A stretch of DNA of 64,000 bases, from contig OZ076409.1 in the NCBI GenBank assembly GCA_964187785.1, positions 76,634,001 through 76,698,000 on the forward strand, given 5' to 3'. The notes under the pieces were generated by a model that saw only the letters and a program-made list of their open reading frames with translations, was not told the DNA's origin and searched no databases. The DNA comes from Amphiscolops sp. MND2022 (Eukaryota). Below, in pieces: positions 12,794 to 25,754 of this stretch; position 1 is the first letter of the stretch; each line of letters starts with the position of its first letter. The translations under genes were made by a program, and so were the position numbers.

Positions 12794-13101
12794 CAGGACA
12801 CTGCAGGGATACTCAGGCGAACATCTGAAACACGGGTTTCCGGTACTATAGTAGTGTCGATCTCTTGGGGATGGGCACAATACCGAGTTTTTCAGACGAA
12901 AAATACGTCTTTTTGGTCGTTTTCTTGCGTTCGCTCTTCACGGGCGGCGATTTCTGATTTTCTGGGGTGCTTTTCTGGCAGGTACTTCATCTTGAGCATG
13001 TTTGAGTGCCACGTCAGATTTGAACGAATTTTTGGCAAAATTTCTGAACATGTCGAGTTGCAAAATCGGTGGATATTGCTGTATCAGAGCTTGCCGTTAC
13101 A

Positions 13102-14431
13102 ATGAATCGAGAATTACTGAAGTGGAGAACGCTAGTTTCAATCCGCGGATCCTTGCTAGCCCAGGTGGTGCAGGCCAGAGTGTACGCCTTTGATCTAATT
13201 GCTTGGTCTTTAGTAGTCGAGTACTCTCTTGAAAGAGTCGCTTCCTTTCTGTTCTTCTTTCGAAACGTCCAGAATCTGTGATGAAACTTATCAGGTTCGT
13301 GGTCCAGGTAAGTAAGACGTCGCTTAGCAAAATGGGAATAGAAGCGGCCCCAGGGGCCACCGGGCACTAGAGGAAATGGGGACATCCGAGGCACGTTTTA
13401 TACTTTATATCACTTTTTAGTTTTAGATCCTAATTGACTTTTTTTCTCAAATTAGAAGAGATTTTTAGACCTGATTATTTAGATCAATTTATTTAGATCT
13501 CAGTTTTTCCCCCTCTCTTAGATCTATTTCATTAGACCTGATTCCACGCAGCCGTACAGGCCCATCTGCCTCTCGAGTAATGATTTGAATAGCTTCGAAG
13601 ATCAGCGAGAAAAAAGACCACTCTTATGCGAACGTGATAACTTTCATAAGGACAAAACTGCCTAAGATGCTCAATATTGTGTATTCGAGGCTCTCGTTTG
13701 ATGCGTCAGACTAACGACTCTGGCATCATCAATTACTACAGTAGTTGACGATAACTGGAGAATAACTTATTAATAATTATCACACTGATTTATTTTCTGG
13801 CATTGGACTGTGGAATTGAGGGTTGTTTTTTGTAAGAATGTGCTCATAAATCTTGAAGAAACCAAGTATTAGACTCATGTTGCCGTAAGGATGATGTTGA
13901 TTGAGTTAGTATAGTCCATAAACTCAGAGCCAATGCCAGCTCATATGTCTAGATTGTACTTTTACATTCTTCTAATTAATCTTTGATATCAATGCCAATG
14001 CGACTCCTTTATTTATATTAATTCTTTGTCTATTTACTATAGTGTGTCTTCTCCCCCAACATGATGATACACATGGCACTTGCTTGATGACAAAGATCCA
14101 TGATATCTGATTTTCGAATATTCTAACTTTTTCATATAAAATCAAACCTTCCTACCTTGTACCTTTCAAACATTAACCGGACGACTGTACATTCACGTAT
14201 TTCTTTCATTAACGATTTTTGTTATTCATTCATAGTTTTCATTCATGAATTCATAATATTGCCAATCGTGGACGTAATACTTATGATTTTACTCGTTTTG
14301 TTCCAGTCTTTAGTCCTTGTAGTAGTGTTTGTGTTGTTGCTTGAAATATAGTAGTTATGTCAGTGTTTTTTTGTTTTTCAGTCATTTTTAGACGTTATTC
14401 TCGTCTCTTTCAGATTCAGATGGTATTCCTT
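13102..14431 (+). repeat. Copy A (3' part) of the local repeated unit; matches 31114-32083
   Basis: Near-identical text (tgaatcgagaattactgaagtggagaacgc ... cagattcagatggtattcc), interrupted by a ~400-bp insertion at ~13177-13576. Confidence 0.9.
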
Positions 14432-14889
14432 TAGACGTTACTCTCAGTGACCATTTAGACGTCATTTCTGTTCCCCGAGTATCAATCTTTTGACTGACAG
14501 CCATCTTTTGGCAAGCAATTAATTGTGAAAACGCGTCCTTGGTTGTGTGCAAAAGCATTCTACCTTTAGTTTTCATTGTTGTGGGACCGATAAAAACTTG
14601 GTAATGAGATCTAATGAGGTTAATGTAATTGCATGGTCCAAATTGACAGGCATTTCATCCACGATCGAAAAGGTACCCGAAGAATGTTTTACATTTTCAC
14701 TGGAAATTGAAAAGTTGTATGACCGAAGGATCCCATTTGGTTTTTAGTCGGCGCTTTCGCTGTAGCTCTGGTCGGCGCAGACTCTAGCACTGGCTTTTTT
14801 AAAAAACCACGAAGTGACAGATTTTGTAAGCTGTAACGTATACCCGATATAGCGTTCCTTGGAGAATTTTCAAAGCAGCAAAAAGCGCT

Positions 14890-15941
14890 AAGTAGTCCCC
14901 GTCGACAATATCTATCCCTCATTCTCTGTCAAATCTATCGGAAAATCTTGCAAACAGGAATCTTCCCCCACGAGTGGAAAAAGGCAGTCATTGTTCCTGT
15001 GTTCAAAACAAGGGAACAAGTCCCTAATTGTTAACTATCGACCCGTATCACTGCTAAATACTCCTGGGAAAATTTTAGAAACCTTGGTTTCCAAAGAGTT
15101 GTTTACTTTTTGTTCTCTTTTTCTACATGATTCACAGTTTGGCTTCCGGAAAAACCGATCGACAGTTACTCAAATGATAACTTTTCTTCAAAAAATGTAT
15201 GAAGGGATCGCGGCAAATAGCTACTTCACAGACTTCAGCTAAGCCTTCAACAAAGTAGACCAAGGATTACTTTTACAAAAAATCTACAATATGGGTATTC
15301 GAGGAAAGCTTTTTTAAGTGATCAAATCTTTTGTAGTTGCACGTGTAGGGGACTCTCTCTCCGGAAAGAGTTTCTCGCGACCAGTGGAGTGCCACAAGGC
15401 AGCATTCTCAGCCCCCTTCTTTTACTAATCTTTATAAATGAATTGCCCGACCTTTGTAATGAAGTATGCCCCATACTTTTTGCAGTTGATGCCAATTTCT
15501 TCTGCGTTGGATTAGACACAAAAGCAATCCAAGACGACCTAAGCAGTATATTCAATTGGACTTTATCAAACAAGATGCCTTTCAACATGAAAAAATGTGC
15601 ACACATTGCAATACCAAACAAGAAAATGTTTATGGGAATGCTCTCATTGAACCTGCGTTAATTTAAACATCTTCAGGTAGATTTACTGAAAACTTTTATT
15701 AGAGAAACCCTTTTCGAAAATGACAATTTTGATAGTGTTGGAATTGATGAACAGGAAGATTGTGATGCCACGATTGAGCATATCGATCGGTTATTCGGTT
15801 GAAAGATGAACGTCCCCATTCTTGTTAATGGTAGTCCCTGTTATGGCCTCAGCAAGTATACCATCTCTCAATTTGAACACTCCCAGAAAAGAATAGTTCA
15901 GTGGGTTATCCCTAGAAAAGAATCGTACAAGGAAAAATTGT
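14890..15941 (+). pseudogene. CR1/L2-like non-LTR RT fragment, interrupted by the provirus (continues at 30205-~30400)
   Basis: WKKAVIVPV, NYRPVSLL, DFS-AFNKVD, GVPQGSILSP and LFAVD motifs with frameshifts. Confidence 0.85.
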
Positions 15942-16273
15942 TGTAACATAGCTGAAACATTCCGTTGTTGAGGACAAAAGAACTGATTGAAAGAACTCCT
16001 AAATATTTGACCTTAAAACTATTTTACCTATGACAGAACTTTAACCTTTTAACTATTTGATCAGCATCTTTAAACAAATAACTATAAAAACACTTATTAA
16101 TACAAAAACATCAGTGCTGACAATAACTAGAGAATTGCATGGTTGTGTTTTCAAATAAAAAGATTGAGAACTAATCTGAGGATTGTGATCCATGTTCCGA
16201 AGACTTGGCTGCTCTCCATTCCTGCATCCAGCCGCCAGCCATAAAAACTCATCTTAAAAGTAGAGATATAAGT
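15942..16273 (+). repeat. 5' LTR of element 2
   Basis: Direct repeat of 29868-30199. I count about 5 substitutions in 332 bp. Termini are TGT...AGT. Confidence 0.97.
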
Positions 16274-16287
16274 TGGTGACAGGAGCG
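16274..16287 (+). promoter_or_regulatory. Primer binding site
   Basis: TGGTGACAGGAGCG directly after the 5' LTR; TGG complements the tRNA CCA end. It resembles tRNA-Leu-type PBSs (inferred). Confidence 0.75.
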
Positions 16288-16978
16288 AAACAATCCTCAC
16301 TATGCAATACAGAGAAGAACTCTCCCTTTTGTGTTGAAAAGCTCACACGAGACCCCCGACCAACCACCCGCGGTGTTCCAGCCACATCATCCACGACCAG
16401 CACCAGATCCACGAGGCTGTAATAACTGAAACAAACAAGGCACGGCAGAAACTGGAAACTACAGCAATCAACGATGACTTTTGGTGACTTTCTCCAATTG
16501 GGCGAACTTTGATGCTACGATATCTGTATTCAATTTCATGATGACTTCAAAGTGCCAGTACGAATACAGTCGGTGAGTTTGATTCAATTCTGAAGCAGTA
16601 AAGTGATATAGTGTGGATTTCCAATTTCATGAGTGCTTCAACTGTTATCATTTTCAACTGAACTGTGCCTCACAGCTGTTACTCTTTTTGAAACTCAACT
16701 GTGAATTTCTGCAAACTTTTTACTTTTTTCCACTTGCAAACTTCCTCCTTTCACTGCAAATTGTAATTGTTGCAAAAACGCTATAAATTTGATCTCAAAT
16801 CTTTCTTGTTTCGCCTTGAAAGTATCATATTCGTTGTTCAGTTTTCGAAGTACAAACTACACATCAGTGTTCGACTGCATTTTACATACTTTGATCGACA
16901 ATTTTTCAATTTTTTCTTCACTACAATCTTAGTTTGTTTTATTCGTCACTCTTTAGTTTACACTTAACTTTTCAAATC

Positions 16979-18247
16979 ATGGCTGCTTTACCTCAACTCT
17001 CGCTAACACCCTACTCGGGTTTAGAAAAGGAAAATTTTCGTGAATTCGAACATTTGTTACGAAGTATCTTAGCAGTAGCTGCGGTACCGCAAGCGCAGCA
17101 AGAGAACTTTTTACAACTTCATCTTAGAGACGCTGCGCTCCGCTATTTTCAAACACTACCGGTAGCAACACGTGCGGACTTAGACCTCTCTTTGACAGCT
17201 CTTCGTGATCACTTTTGTAATCCAAGACTTCAGGAATTGCATGTTCTTAAATTGGAAAACTTAAAATTCGATCCGAAAACAGACAATCCAGAGAATTTTT
17301 TAGTCATGTTACAAACGAAAGCACTTAAAGCTTATCCCGACCCAAATCCACCCGCAGTAGCACCAACTGACGGTGCCGCGCCGGACGCAGCAGTCGAACA
17401 AACACGATTTGATTCTGAAACCACCAGAAGAGCCGAAATAATTCATTCTGCGCAACAAGCGCGCTCCGCTCAGATCCGGAGACAATTTATAAAAAATATG
17501 CCGGGCTGGCTTCGAGCGAAACTTTTGGAACAACCGGAAAATACAACGGTTGAAGATTTGTGTATATTCGCTCGGAAACAACTTTCGATCTATAACCTTT
17601 GTAAGGTTGAAGATTCGGTTATGGATGCTTTCAGTGAAGTGCGCCCTTCAGTATCTGATACTTTAGTTACAGCTCTTACAAAATTGAGCCATAGTCAAGA
17701 AACTATGGACAATCGACTGAACGAAATGTCCAAAAAACTAGAAGAGCAAGCTACGAATTTTACCACTCAGTTTTAAAATCAGCAAAACCAAAACAATTCG
17801 CAACGCGGCTCTCAAAACTATCGTAGCCAAGGCTATCGCGGAAATTGAGGAAATTTTCGTGGTCGGTATCGCGGCAATAACCGTGGAAACCGAGGTCGAG
17901 GTTACCAAGGTCGAGGACGACCTTGGCAGAACAATTACGGCAGAAATTACAATCAGTCAAATCAAAATTACCAAAATTCAAATTTTAATCAGAATCAAAA
18001 TATTCAGCAACAATGGTCAAATCATAATCAGGAAAACTTTCAACAGGGAAATTCCAATCAAGGTTCATCGCAAACTACATTTGAAGTTTTTACTCCGGAT
18101 CCTTATTACATGCCTTATACACAACAATCAACACATACTTGCTATAATTGCGGATATCCGAATCATCTAGCAAAAGATTGTACTGCGCAAGGTAACCCGC
18201 CACAACGAGGAGCTCAAATGCCGTTCAATCAAAATCAAAAAAACTAA
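16979..18247 (+). pseudogene. gag: gag of element 2 (two in-frame stops)
   Basis: ATG 16979 (MAALPQLSLTPYSG...). After reading through TAA at 17774 and a TGA at ~17846 the frame continues into an RG/N/Q-rich region and CYNCGYPNHLAKDC, ending at TAA 18245-18247. Confidence 0.88.
18238..18244 (+). promoter_or_regulatory. -1 ribosomal frameshift slippery heptamer A_AAA_AAC
   Basis: It sits in the gag frame immediately before the gag TAA. The -1 frame is open from 18244 into the protease ORF (18352). Confidence 0.8.
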
Positions 18248-21200
18248 AAACGCAGCACAAGATTCCACCTCCTAATTCTCTACTTGAAATCCAGTCTAAT
18301 GAGCCACACACATGTAACATAGAATTAAAAGAGCCAGTTATATGCGCTGTTTTGCCTCTTGAAGGTGAAAATCTTTCCTACGTTAAATTGAAATTTTCTC
18401 CGAACATTCGCCGGAGAGCCCTCATTGATACAGGCGCCTGCGCTAATGCATTGCCTCAAAATTTATACGACGAATTACGTTTGAGTCATCCCGACTTAAT
18501 TAAAAATGAAACTCCAACATTTACGTCTGTCCGCATGGCTTCAGGACAACGAGTGTCAGTTGACAATCAGGTGAATCTCACATTCTGTATTGGAATTCAT
18601 TCCTTTACGGACAGTTTTCTCGTGCTACCAAAAATGAATAGTGTAATTTTGGGAAACTCTTTCTTTAAAAACAGAATATCACAATAGACCCCAAAAACAA
18701 CTTACTGAAACTGCCCGACTTTACGGTTCAACTCAATGAAATGAAACCGGACGCTGGAAAAAAACGACAATTTGTGAAAAAAATGAAAAATATACCTATC
18801 CTATTGAGCAAAAAAGTCAATATTGGACCGCAGCAACAAGTCCTCCTTGAATGCTATTTGGATGAATATACTGACCAGTTCGCCAATTGCACAGGATTAG
18901 TAATTCCAAACAAGAATCTGGAGGACAAAGCCAATGTTGCATTAACTTTGTCTCTGAGCAAGATGGATAATGACAATAAAATATACATATCAGCGATCAA
19001 TTTGTCCGAGTCCCAGATTACGCTAAATAGCAAAAAACAAATTGCACATTTCGAAATTTTGAGCGAGTCACAGGCTGATTACCTCCTTGAAATAGATCCA
19101 CAATTATTGGCACTCGCAAAAATGAGAAGACCTGACGATTTTGAAAATGAACTTAGTCAGCTCATTCAAGATATCCACTTTCAGAAATTTGACACTGACA
19201 ATGGTCGGCCGCCACCAGATTACTCAAAACTTTGGTTTCCGACTCCCGAAACATGTACAGATCTTTCAAATTTATCACCGTTGCAACGTGAAATTTACGA
19301 CCAAATTTTGCAACTCCAACGTTGTGAAAAAATAAACCCAAAATCGAATTCACACGATAGACAAGAATTTTTGAAAAAATTGACGTGGGATACATGTGTT
19401 TTGAGCGCTGATGAAAAGTCAAAATTGGAGGACTTTCTTGTTGAATATCATGACGTGTTCGCTTTGATGTTGGGTATAATACAGAATTGAAGATCAAATT
19501 AACGCCTGCTCATCAACTTCCGGTATACGTTCAAGGTCCACCAGCACCGATTCATTTGCGTGACGAAATCTTATTTGAATTGGCGTTATTACAATATTTT
19601 AACATCATAACTACATTGTCACACTCCAAATATTCTAGTCCGATATTTGTCCATCGCAAACCATCTGGCAAGTTTCGCATACTTATCGATCTTAGAAGAG
19701 TCAACCACCTCCTACGCCATGATTACTTAAATAGCAATTTCCCGATTTCAAATATGACAGATGCGACAAACCATTTTGCGGGAAAGAAGTTATTTTGTAA
19801 ACTTGATTGTTCGCAAGCATACCATTGCGTTCAAATGGCAGATGACCTTTCGGTACAATTGCTGGCATTCAATTTCGCTTCACGTACATTTGCCTATAAT
19901 TGTTTAGCCCAAGGCCTGAACAAATCCGTCACTGGATTTAGTTCGTTCGTCAAACATTATCTAGATAAATGTCTTTCTGCCAATGTTTGTACTCAATTCA
20001 TGGACGACATTGCCATGGGAGTAAACAACTTTGATGAAATGATTCCTGCTTTGACGAAAATATTTGATTGCCTGCGAGCATCGGGATTAAAATTGTCTGC
20101 TCACAAATGCGAATTTGAGAAACAACAACAATTGATTATTTGGGAAGCACTATAACTCCTAAAGGAATCTCACCTGAAGCAGACAAAATAAACAAATTCC
20201 TTGAAAAAATCAGGATGCCAGAAACAGTTAAACAAGTGAAGAGATTGATTGGATTTTTCCAATTTTTCCGTTCATTTATGCCCAACTTGGGTCAAAAACT
20301 GCTACCATTTTACAAACTTTTGCGAAAAGATGTAGAATTTAAAACCACGAAAGAACATAGCGAAGCACTAGATGTATTAAAAACTGATTTACGAAATGCT
20401 ACCAACTCTACTTTGCGATTGGCAAAACCTGGTCTCCGATACGTACTCCTTTGTGACGCTAGTTATCATGGCACAGGCTTTGTCCTCATGATTGAGGACT
20501 ACTTGTTAGATCAACAAGGAAAAGAGAAAAAAGTATACGCGCCGGTCTCCTTTGGATCTCGATAGTTTGGCCCGACGCAATTGAAATTTTCGGTTTACTA
20601 TAAAGAATTTCTTGCTCTCTATTTCGCCTTAGATCATTTTGCACATTTTATATGGGGCGCAACTAAACCTGTGCTAGTCTTAACCGATAACCGTAGTCTC
20701 ACGCAATTTTTCCAATCTAAAAGTATTCATCCGTCGTTATGGAACTGTTTGGATAGAGTTTTGTCTTTCAACATTCTCCTTGCTCATATTCCTGGTAAAG
20801 CGAATTCGGCCGCAGATTTTTTATCACGAATGCAAACAGACCCTACTCTAACTCTGTCTCTCAAATTAACTGATCGGATACCTATTAAAGAGATCGAAAT
20901 AGAAACCGAAGCGAAATCTCCTGATGTCGCTTTATCAAATATTTTGGATAGATCACCTTTTCCGGAATCTGTTGACGATTAGGCTGACGAACGCCTAATT
21001 TCACAATTGAAAGAATTTGGTCTCTACGAACAGTTTTTACAGAAAATAACCGAAGCGCAGACTATCCCGTCTCTTGACATCACTGGCTTTTACTCCTTTT
21101 GTCAATTAAATCAAATAAACTTAGTATCGTCAGGAGAATTCAGCGACATTCTTGATGATTTGCCCAATCGGTCGGAACCAATAGACCTCGCCTCAGTACA

Positions 21201-23732
21201 AAATCAAGACGAGATCATTCGTGAAGTAATGCAATGGAAAGACCGAGGTTCGCCGGATATGTCGCCAAATTTACCAATAGTTTTGCGAAAATATCGTAAA
21301 CAGTTTCCACGCCTAATCATTCAGGACAAAAAGATCGACTTTTTTATGACGATCAAGGAAAAGTCCAACACAAACAGTTCTGTGTCCCTAAATCCCTATG
21401 GCGCGAAGTAATTTACCGCTTGCATAACTCGCCGACAGCAGGCCAAATGGGAATCAATAAAACGGTTGAAGAATTTAGAAAACGCTTTTATTTCCCGAAT
21501 TTTACAGAATACTTAACGTCAACTATCCAAAACTGTCTACAATGCTTGCAACTGAAACGTGTACCAAGCAAAAATCTGAAAACTCCGTTGCAACCGGTCT
21601 CCTCGTTGAAATCTTACCCGGGCGAAATGTTACAAATTGACCTTGTCGGTCCGTTACAGTCTCCGCTCTACCGTTATGTTCTTACGGGTATTGATGTTTT
21701 TAGAAAATATCTTTTTGCAGTCCCACTTACTAATGGGAGGTCAGAAACCGTTGCACGAGAACTTGCGTCGATATTTTTCCGTCATAGTTATCTTCCAAAA
21801 TCAATTCTATCCGACTTGGGTACTACTTTTGTGAGTGAATTGATGCACGAATTGACAAAACTTTTGGAAATAAAATTAGAACATGCCAGTCTAAAGCACC
21901 CACAAACTGTCGGTGTTGTGGAGCGCTCGCATAGCCCCCTTAAACGAATTTTGAAAATAAACACCACTGAGCAGTGGAACGACTGGTACAAGTATGTACA
22001 ACTTGCAGCCTTCATTCATAATACTTCTTATCATTTTGCAATCGGAACGAGCCCGACCACCTTGTTTCATGGTCGAGAGCCTCTGAAACCTTTAGATCTC
22101 AGGTTTAATAACAGTTCGCTTGCACGTGCGCAACCGACTACAGAATATGTGCTTGCATTGCAGGATGCCATGCTACAGAAATTTTCTGCAGCAAAAAGTA
22201 AATTGACTGAAATGTATAATAGATACCGCGCATATTATGATTACAAAGCTGAAGGGCACCCTCTTAAACAATTCTCGTTTTATCTTCTTTTGAATCCAAA
22301 ACTAATGACGCAGTCTGATTTTTCGAGTAAGTTCCTTCCTATCTGGCTACCCTTGTATCGAGTCGAGCAAGTTTTAACGAATTCAAATTACATCATTCGC
22401 AAGGTAGGTACAAACTACACTCAATGCGTACATCGCATTCGTCTCCGACCGGTTGTACCGCAATATCAAGTTGACGACTTACCGCAAATTGACCCGGATA
22501 AATTTCAACGCGATCCTATGCTTGGGCGATTCCGTGGAGAGCCAGCTATTTTCGATGAAAGCATTCCAACTCTTCTGTTACCTCCCTCAGAGGAAACTAG
22601 TGTCGCTCACAACGAAGAAAAGCCTCCACCGCTTACGGTTTCGCTTAGTTTTCCTATTGCACCAGCTGTTATCCCGATGGGACCAGCTCCAGGGCCAGCA
22701 GTTCCACCCCTACCAGCTGCAGCAGAAGCTCCAGCAATTCCCGCACTGCCAGCCCAGGACGAAGAACAACAACCAGCGTTTGTGCCATATCTTGACGATG
22801 AATCCACAGATTCTCCGTCCTCTCCACGAACGACTTCAGATGACGACCAGGCACGCTACGCAGGTGCATCTACACCCACCTCGGCCGAGCAAGCATCACG
22901 TACCGTCCGTCCGAAACTTCCGACTACCTCATCTCGCACTAATCGCACTTTGAATTTCGATGAGAATCGTGAAACAGTACCAGTCTTCATTGGACGTGGA
23001 CCTAAATCATATGGACAACCGTCATCTAGACTAGCGCTGACTCAGGTTCCAGGTACAAGCTTCCTGAAGGCAGATAAGCGCACACTCTTGCTCGATCTCT
23101 TGTCAACGAACTCGACCTCCTTCTGATGAAAGTCCACGAGTCCACCCAACTACCACGCAACAGCTGACACCGCAATCTCCTCAGGAGTATCTACAGCACC
23201 AAAAGGAAGTAAAAGCACGCTATAATTTCCGTAATTTGAAGAAAAGACTGTCCTCATCCAATGTTTTAAACTCTATTTCCTCTGACAGTCATCCGAACTT
23301 TTGCTTTTCTTCTTCGAATATTCTAGACTCTACGGAGTCTATAGCTCACTGTGTTTCCGCTGACTTCCAAATGAAACGCGGTCTGGCATCTGCCATCGCT
23401 TACCGCCACCCTGCGCTCCGCCAGCTCAGTGCTAATACTCCAAAATGTTTACCGCCGGGATCACTGGTCTCTTATTTTGACAAAAATAATCAACGTTATA
23501 TCTATTATTTAGTGACAAAAAACGATTTTTTCATACATCTACATACGAAACGCTTCAATTGAGCTTGATGGCCCTTCGTCAGCATTCAAAGCGCCACCGA
23601 ATTCGAGCACTTAGTATCCCGAGACTCGGAAGTGGTCTTGACCGTTTACATTGGCCAACTGTTTTCTCAATCTTATATCGTATTTTTTCACAGTCGCCGG
23701 TTACTATTACAATCATTCAGCCCCCACGTTAA
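18244..23732 (+). pseudogene. pol: pol of element 2: protease, RT, RNase H, integrase, Pro-rich linker, macrodomain; multiple lesions
   Basis: ALIDTGA (PR); LIDLRRVN, KLDCSQAY, QFMDD (RT); LLCDAS (RH); HN...CLQC, QIDLVGP, SDLG, VVERSH (IN); macrodomain at the end. Split across ORFs by frameshifts and stops. Confidence 0.92.
23293..23732 (+). pseudogene. TARG1/OARD1(DarG)-like macrodomain at the Pol C-terminus
   Basis: SNILDSTESIAHCVSADFQMKRGLA...PGSL...RYIYYLVTK, then after a frameshift TLQLSLMALRQH...ALSIPRLGSGLDRLHWPTVFSILYRIFSQSPVTITII. This matches TARG1 motifs AHCIS-D-MG-GIA, YYLITK and MPRIGCGLDRLQW. Confidence 0.88.
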
Positions 23733-24366
23733 TGATCGCTCTTTCTTGGGGTCATGCAATCGCTTCTTACTCACGAGACGTCGCTCTTTACTCGTCTTTC
23801 CGTTGAACGTATTAACAAAAACGCAACAAACATGAAAATCGACCTTTTCAACCGAAGTTTTTTCAGTGTTAAATTTTCGCAGCAGACTTGGATTTTCGGC
23901 GTCCCGCCCTTTTTTGCCTCGCTTTTTCTATTGGCACACCCACTGGTCGCATTGCAAATCAAAAAAAAAATTTTCTGGTCGTACGGCGCACTTCGAGATT
24001 CCATGTCCCCCTACAATAATTTCCACAATTCGACGTTTTTTAGAAAAAAAACTCTATAAAACTTGTTTCACAACCGCCCGCCAGCGGTAAGCTTGCCTTA
24101 TACTCGCTTAAAACCACTTTTATCGACAATGATTTAGATTTCCTGAGTTGGACATTTCTTTATGAATTTTGAAATGAGATCATTTGATGAAATGATTACT
24201 CCCAGTATTTTCGGGCCTTTTTAGAGGGCGACTTTTCGGCCTCCCCACTCCGATCAAAGGTTACGTCGTTGCTGTAAATACTTTTTCAATCACTTTCGAT
24301 GTTTTTTAAATTATATTTATCACTTACGTCCCTACTAACCTTTCTATTGGCCACTCAACTAGTGGT

Positions 24367-24813
24367 TCACAATGAAATTTTCTTTCTCTCTCTGAGTGAA
24401 TGACATGGAAGAGAAAGGCGGCCCTTGGTGCTGGACTCCTCGCTTTTGCAGGATAGCGAATCCATCCCTTTCTTTTTGCGTATCTCCAGAAGACTAGCAT
24501 GTCCCAGCCTAATACCTGGGCCGTGCCTAACATCTGAAAGCAGTGCATTTTTCTGAAATTCCTGTCTAAACTTTTTCGTTGAATAATTTGGTCTTACCCA
24601 AGGCTCACTGATGTCGGCATTTGACCGCAGCACGGCATCGAGTTCGAATTCATTTGGAGCGTACTCCAGGCATTCTACACTTGACTTCTGAAATTCAGGG
24701 GTTTTCATCTGGTTCCCGATTGTATCCCGGATCCGCTTCAATGCAGCGCTGTCCTTTTTTTTATCTGAAACACCATCACTCTCTTGCTTTCCCTTTCCAG
24801 TTGCAGTCGTCAT
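24367..24813 (-). CDS. Antisense accessory ORF (148 aa, basic), unknown function
   Basis: ATG-initiated ORF inside the provirus between pol and env; no recognisable motif. Confidence 0.35.
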   Translation of the reverse strand: MTTATGKGKQESDGVSDKKKDSAALKRIRDTIGNQMKTPEFQKSSVECLEYAPNEFELDAVLRSNADISEPWVRPNYSTKKFRQEFQKNALLSDVRHGPGIRLGHASLLEIRKKKGMDSLSCKSEESSTKGRLSLPCHSLRERKKISL

Positions 24814-25149
24814 GATGGTTTTCCATCATACACTTACCACTTTTTCCCCGTCACCAAGTAATATACACTTGACGCCCAACATTTTTCACCACCTTGGGCA
24901 AGAATCGATTTACAAGTTGCCATTGGCGGCTCACCTAGCCCAATTACTGCTCCATTTTCTGGCTCGTCCGTCAGTTTTTGACAGACTAGACCTAATTTTT
25001 CACAGGCCTTTCGTCGCTCCCTTCGAGCCACACTTGTTGCTCTCTGCCAACGATAGCCTTCTTGTCGCGTCCAGAAGCATTCTGGACAATCGTGCAGGAG
25101 TCTATGAAAATGGTTACTTCGTTATTGTCTTTTCTAATTTTGTTTTCTC

Positions 25150-25581
25150 TAATCCGTTTACTTACGTTTTTACAGCCCGTTCGAGACCTCCAATGAATGT
25201 TGGCAAAACGTACCCTTTGTCGGATAATACTTTTCGCAATTATTCTTCGTCTTGTATGTGCCTTTTCTCAGTTTCATGAAAAGGCCATAAGATAGTGGTT
25301 AACTCTTCGACTGTTGGCACCCTTTGACCGTTCCAGCATAAAGCCCCCATTTCGTTGAGAGTGAACCACTTGAGCCGTTTCCCCCATAAATCCTTTTGCC
25401 CCTTTGTTTGGCAGACTAATTTGTTCACTTCGTTGTTTCTTTTCATTTCAGAGATCGCATTGTATAATGTACGTTCCATTCTATCTAGCAAATATTCATA
25501 ATGAATCTTTTCGCTGCATTCTCGAGATTTAAAACAAACACATGTTGCGTTAGTTACACTTGACTCAAGTTCGTTTGTCAT
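25150..25581 (-). CDS. Antisense accessory ORF with a degenerate integrase Zn-binding (H2C2)-like segment, interrupted by stops
   Basis: GALCWNGQRVPTVEELTTILWPFHETEKRH...*LRKVLSDKGYVLP...LERAVKT resembles the VP...IL..H....H...L...Y..P....V pattern. Confidence 0.4.
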
Positions 25582-25754
25582 GACATTTAACTCCTGTTTA
25601 CCGACAAAACAACATAGTCAATATCATTCATCGACAAGTTCTTCTTGTACAGCGTTTTGTCTAGTTTGTCTCTTTCTTTCGATTCTTTACTTTTGAATTT
25701 AAGCTAAGCTTAGGCACATCATTTTACCTACTTTCCACTCGATCTTTTCATGTA

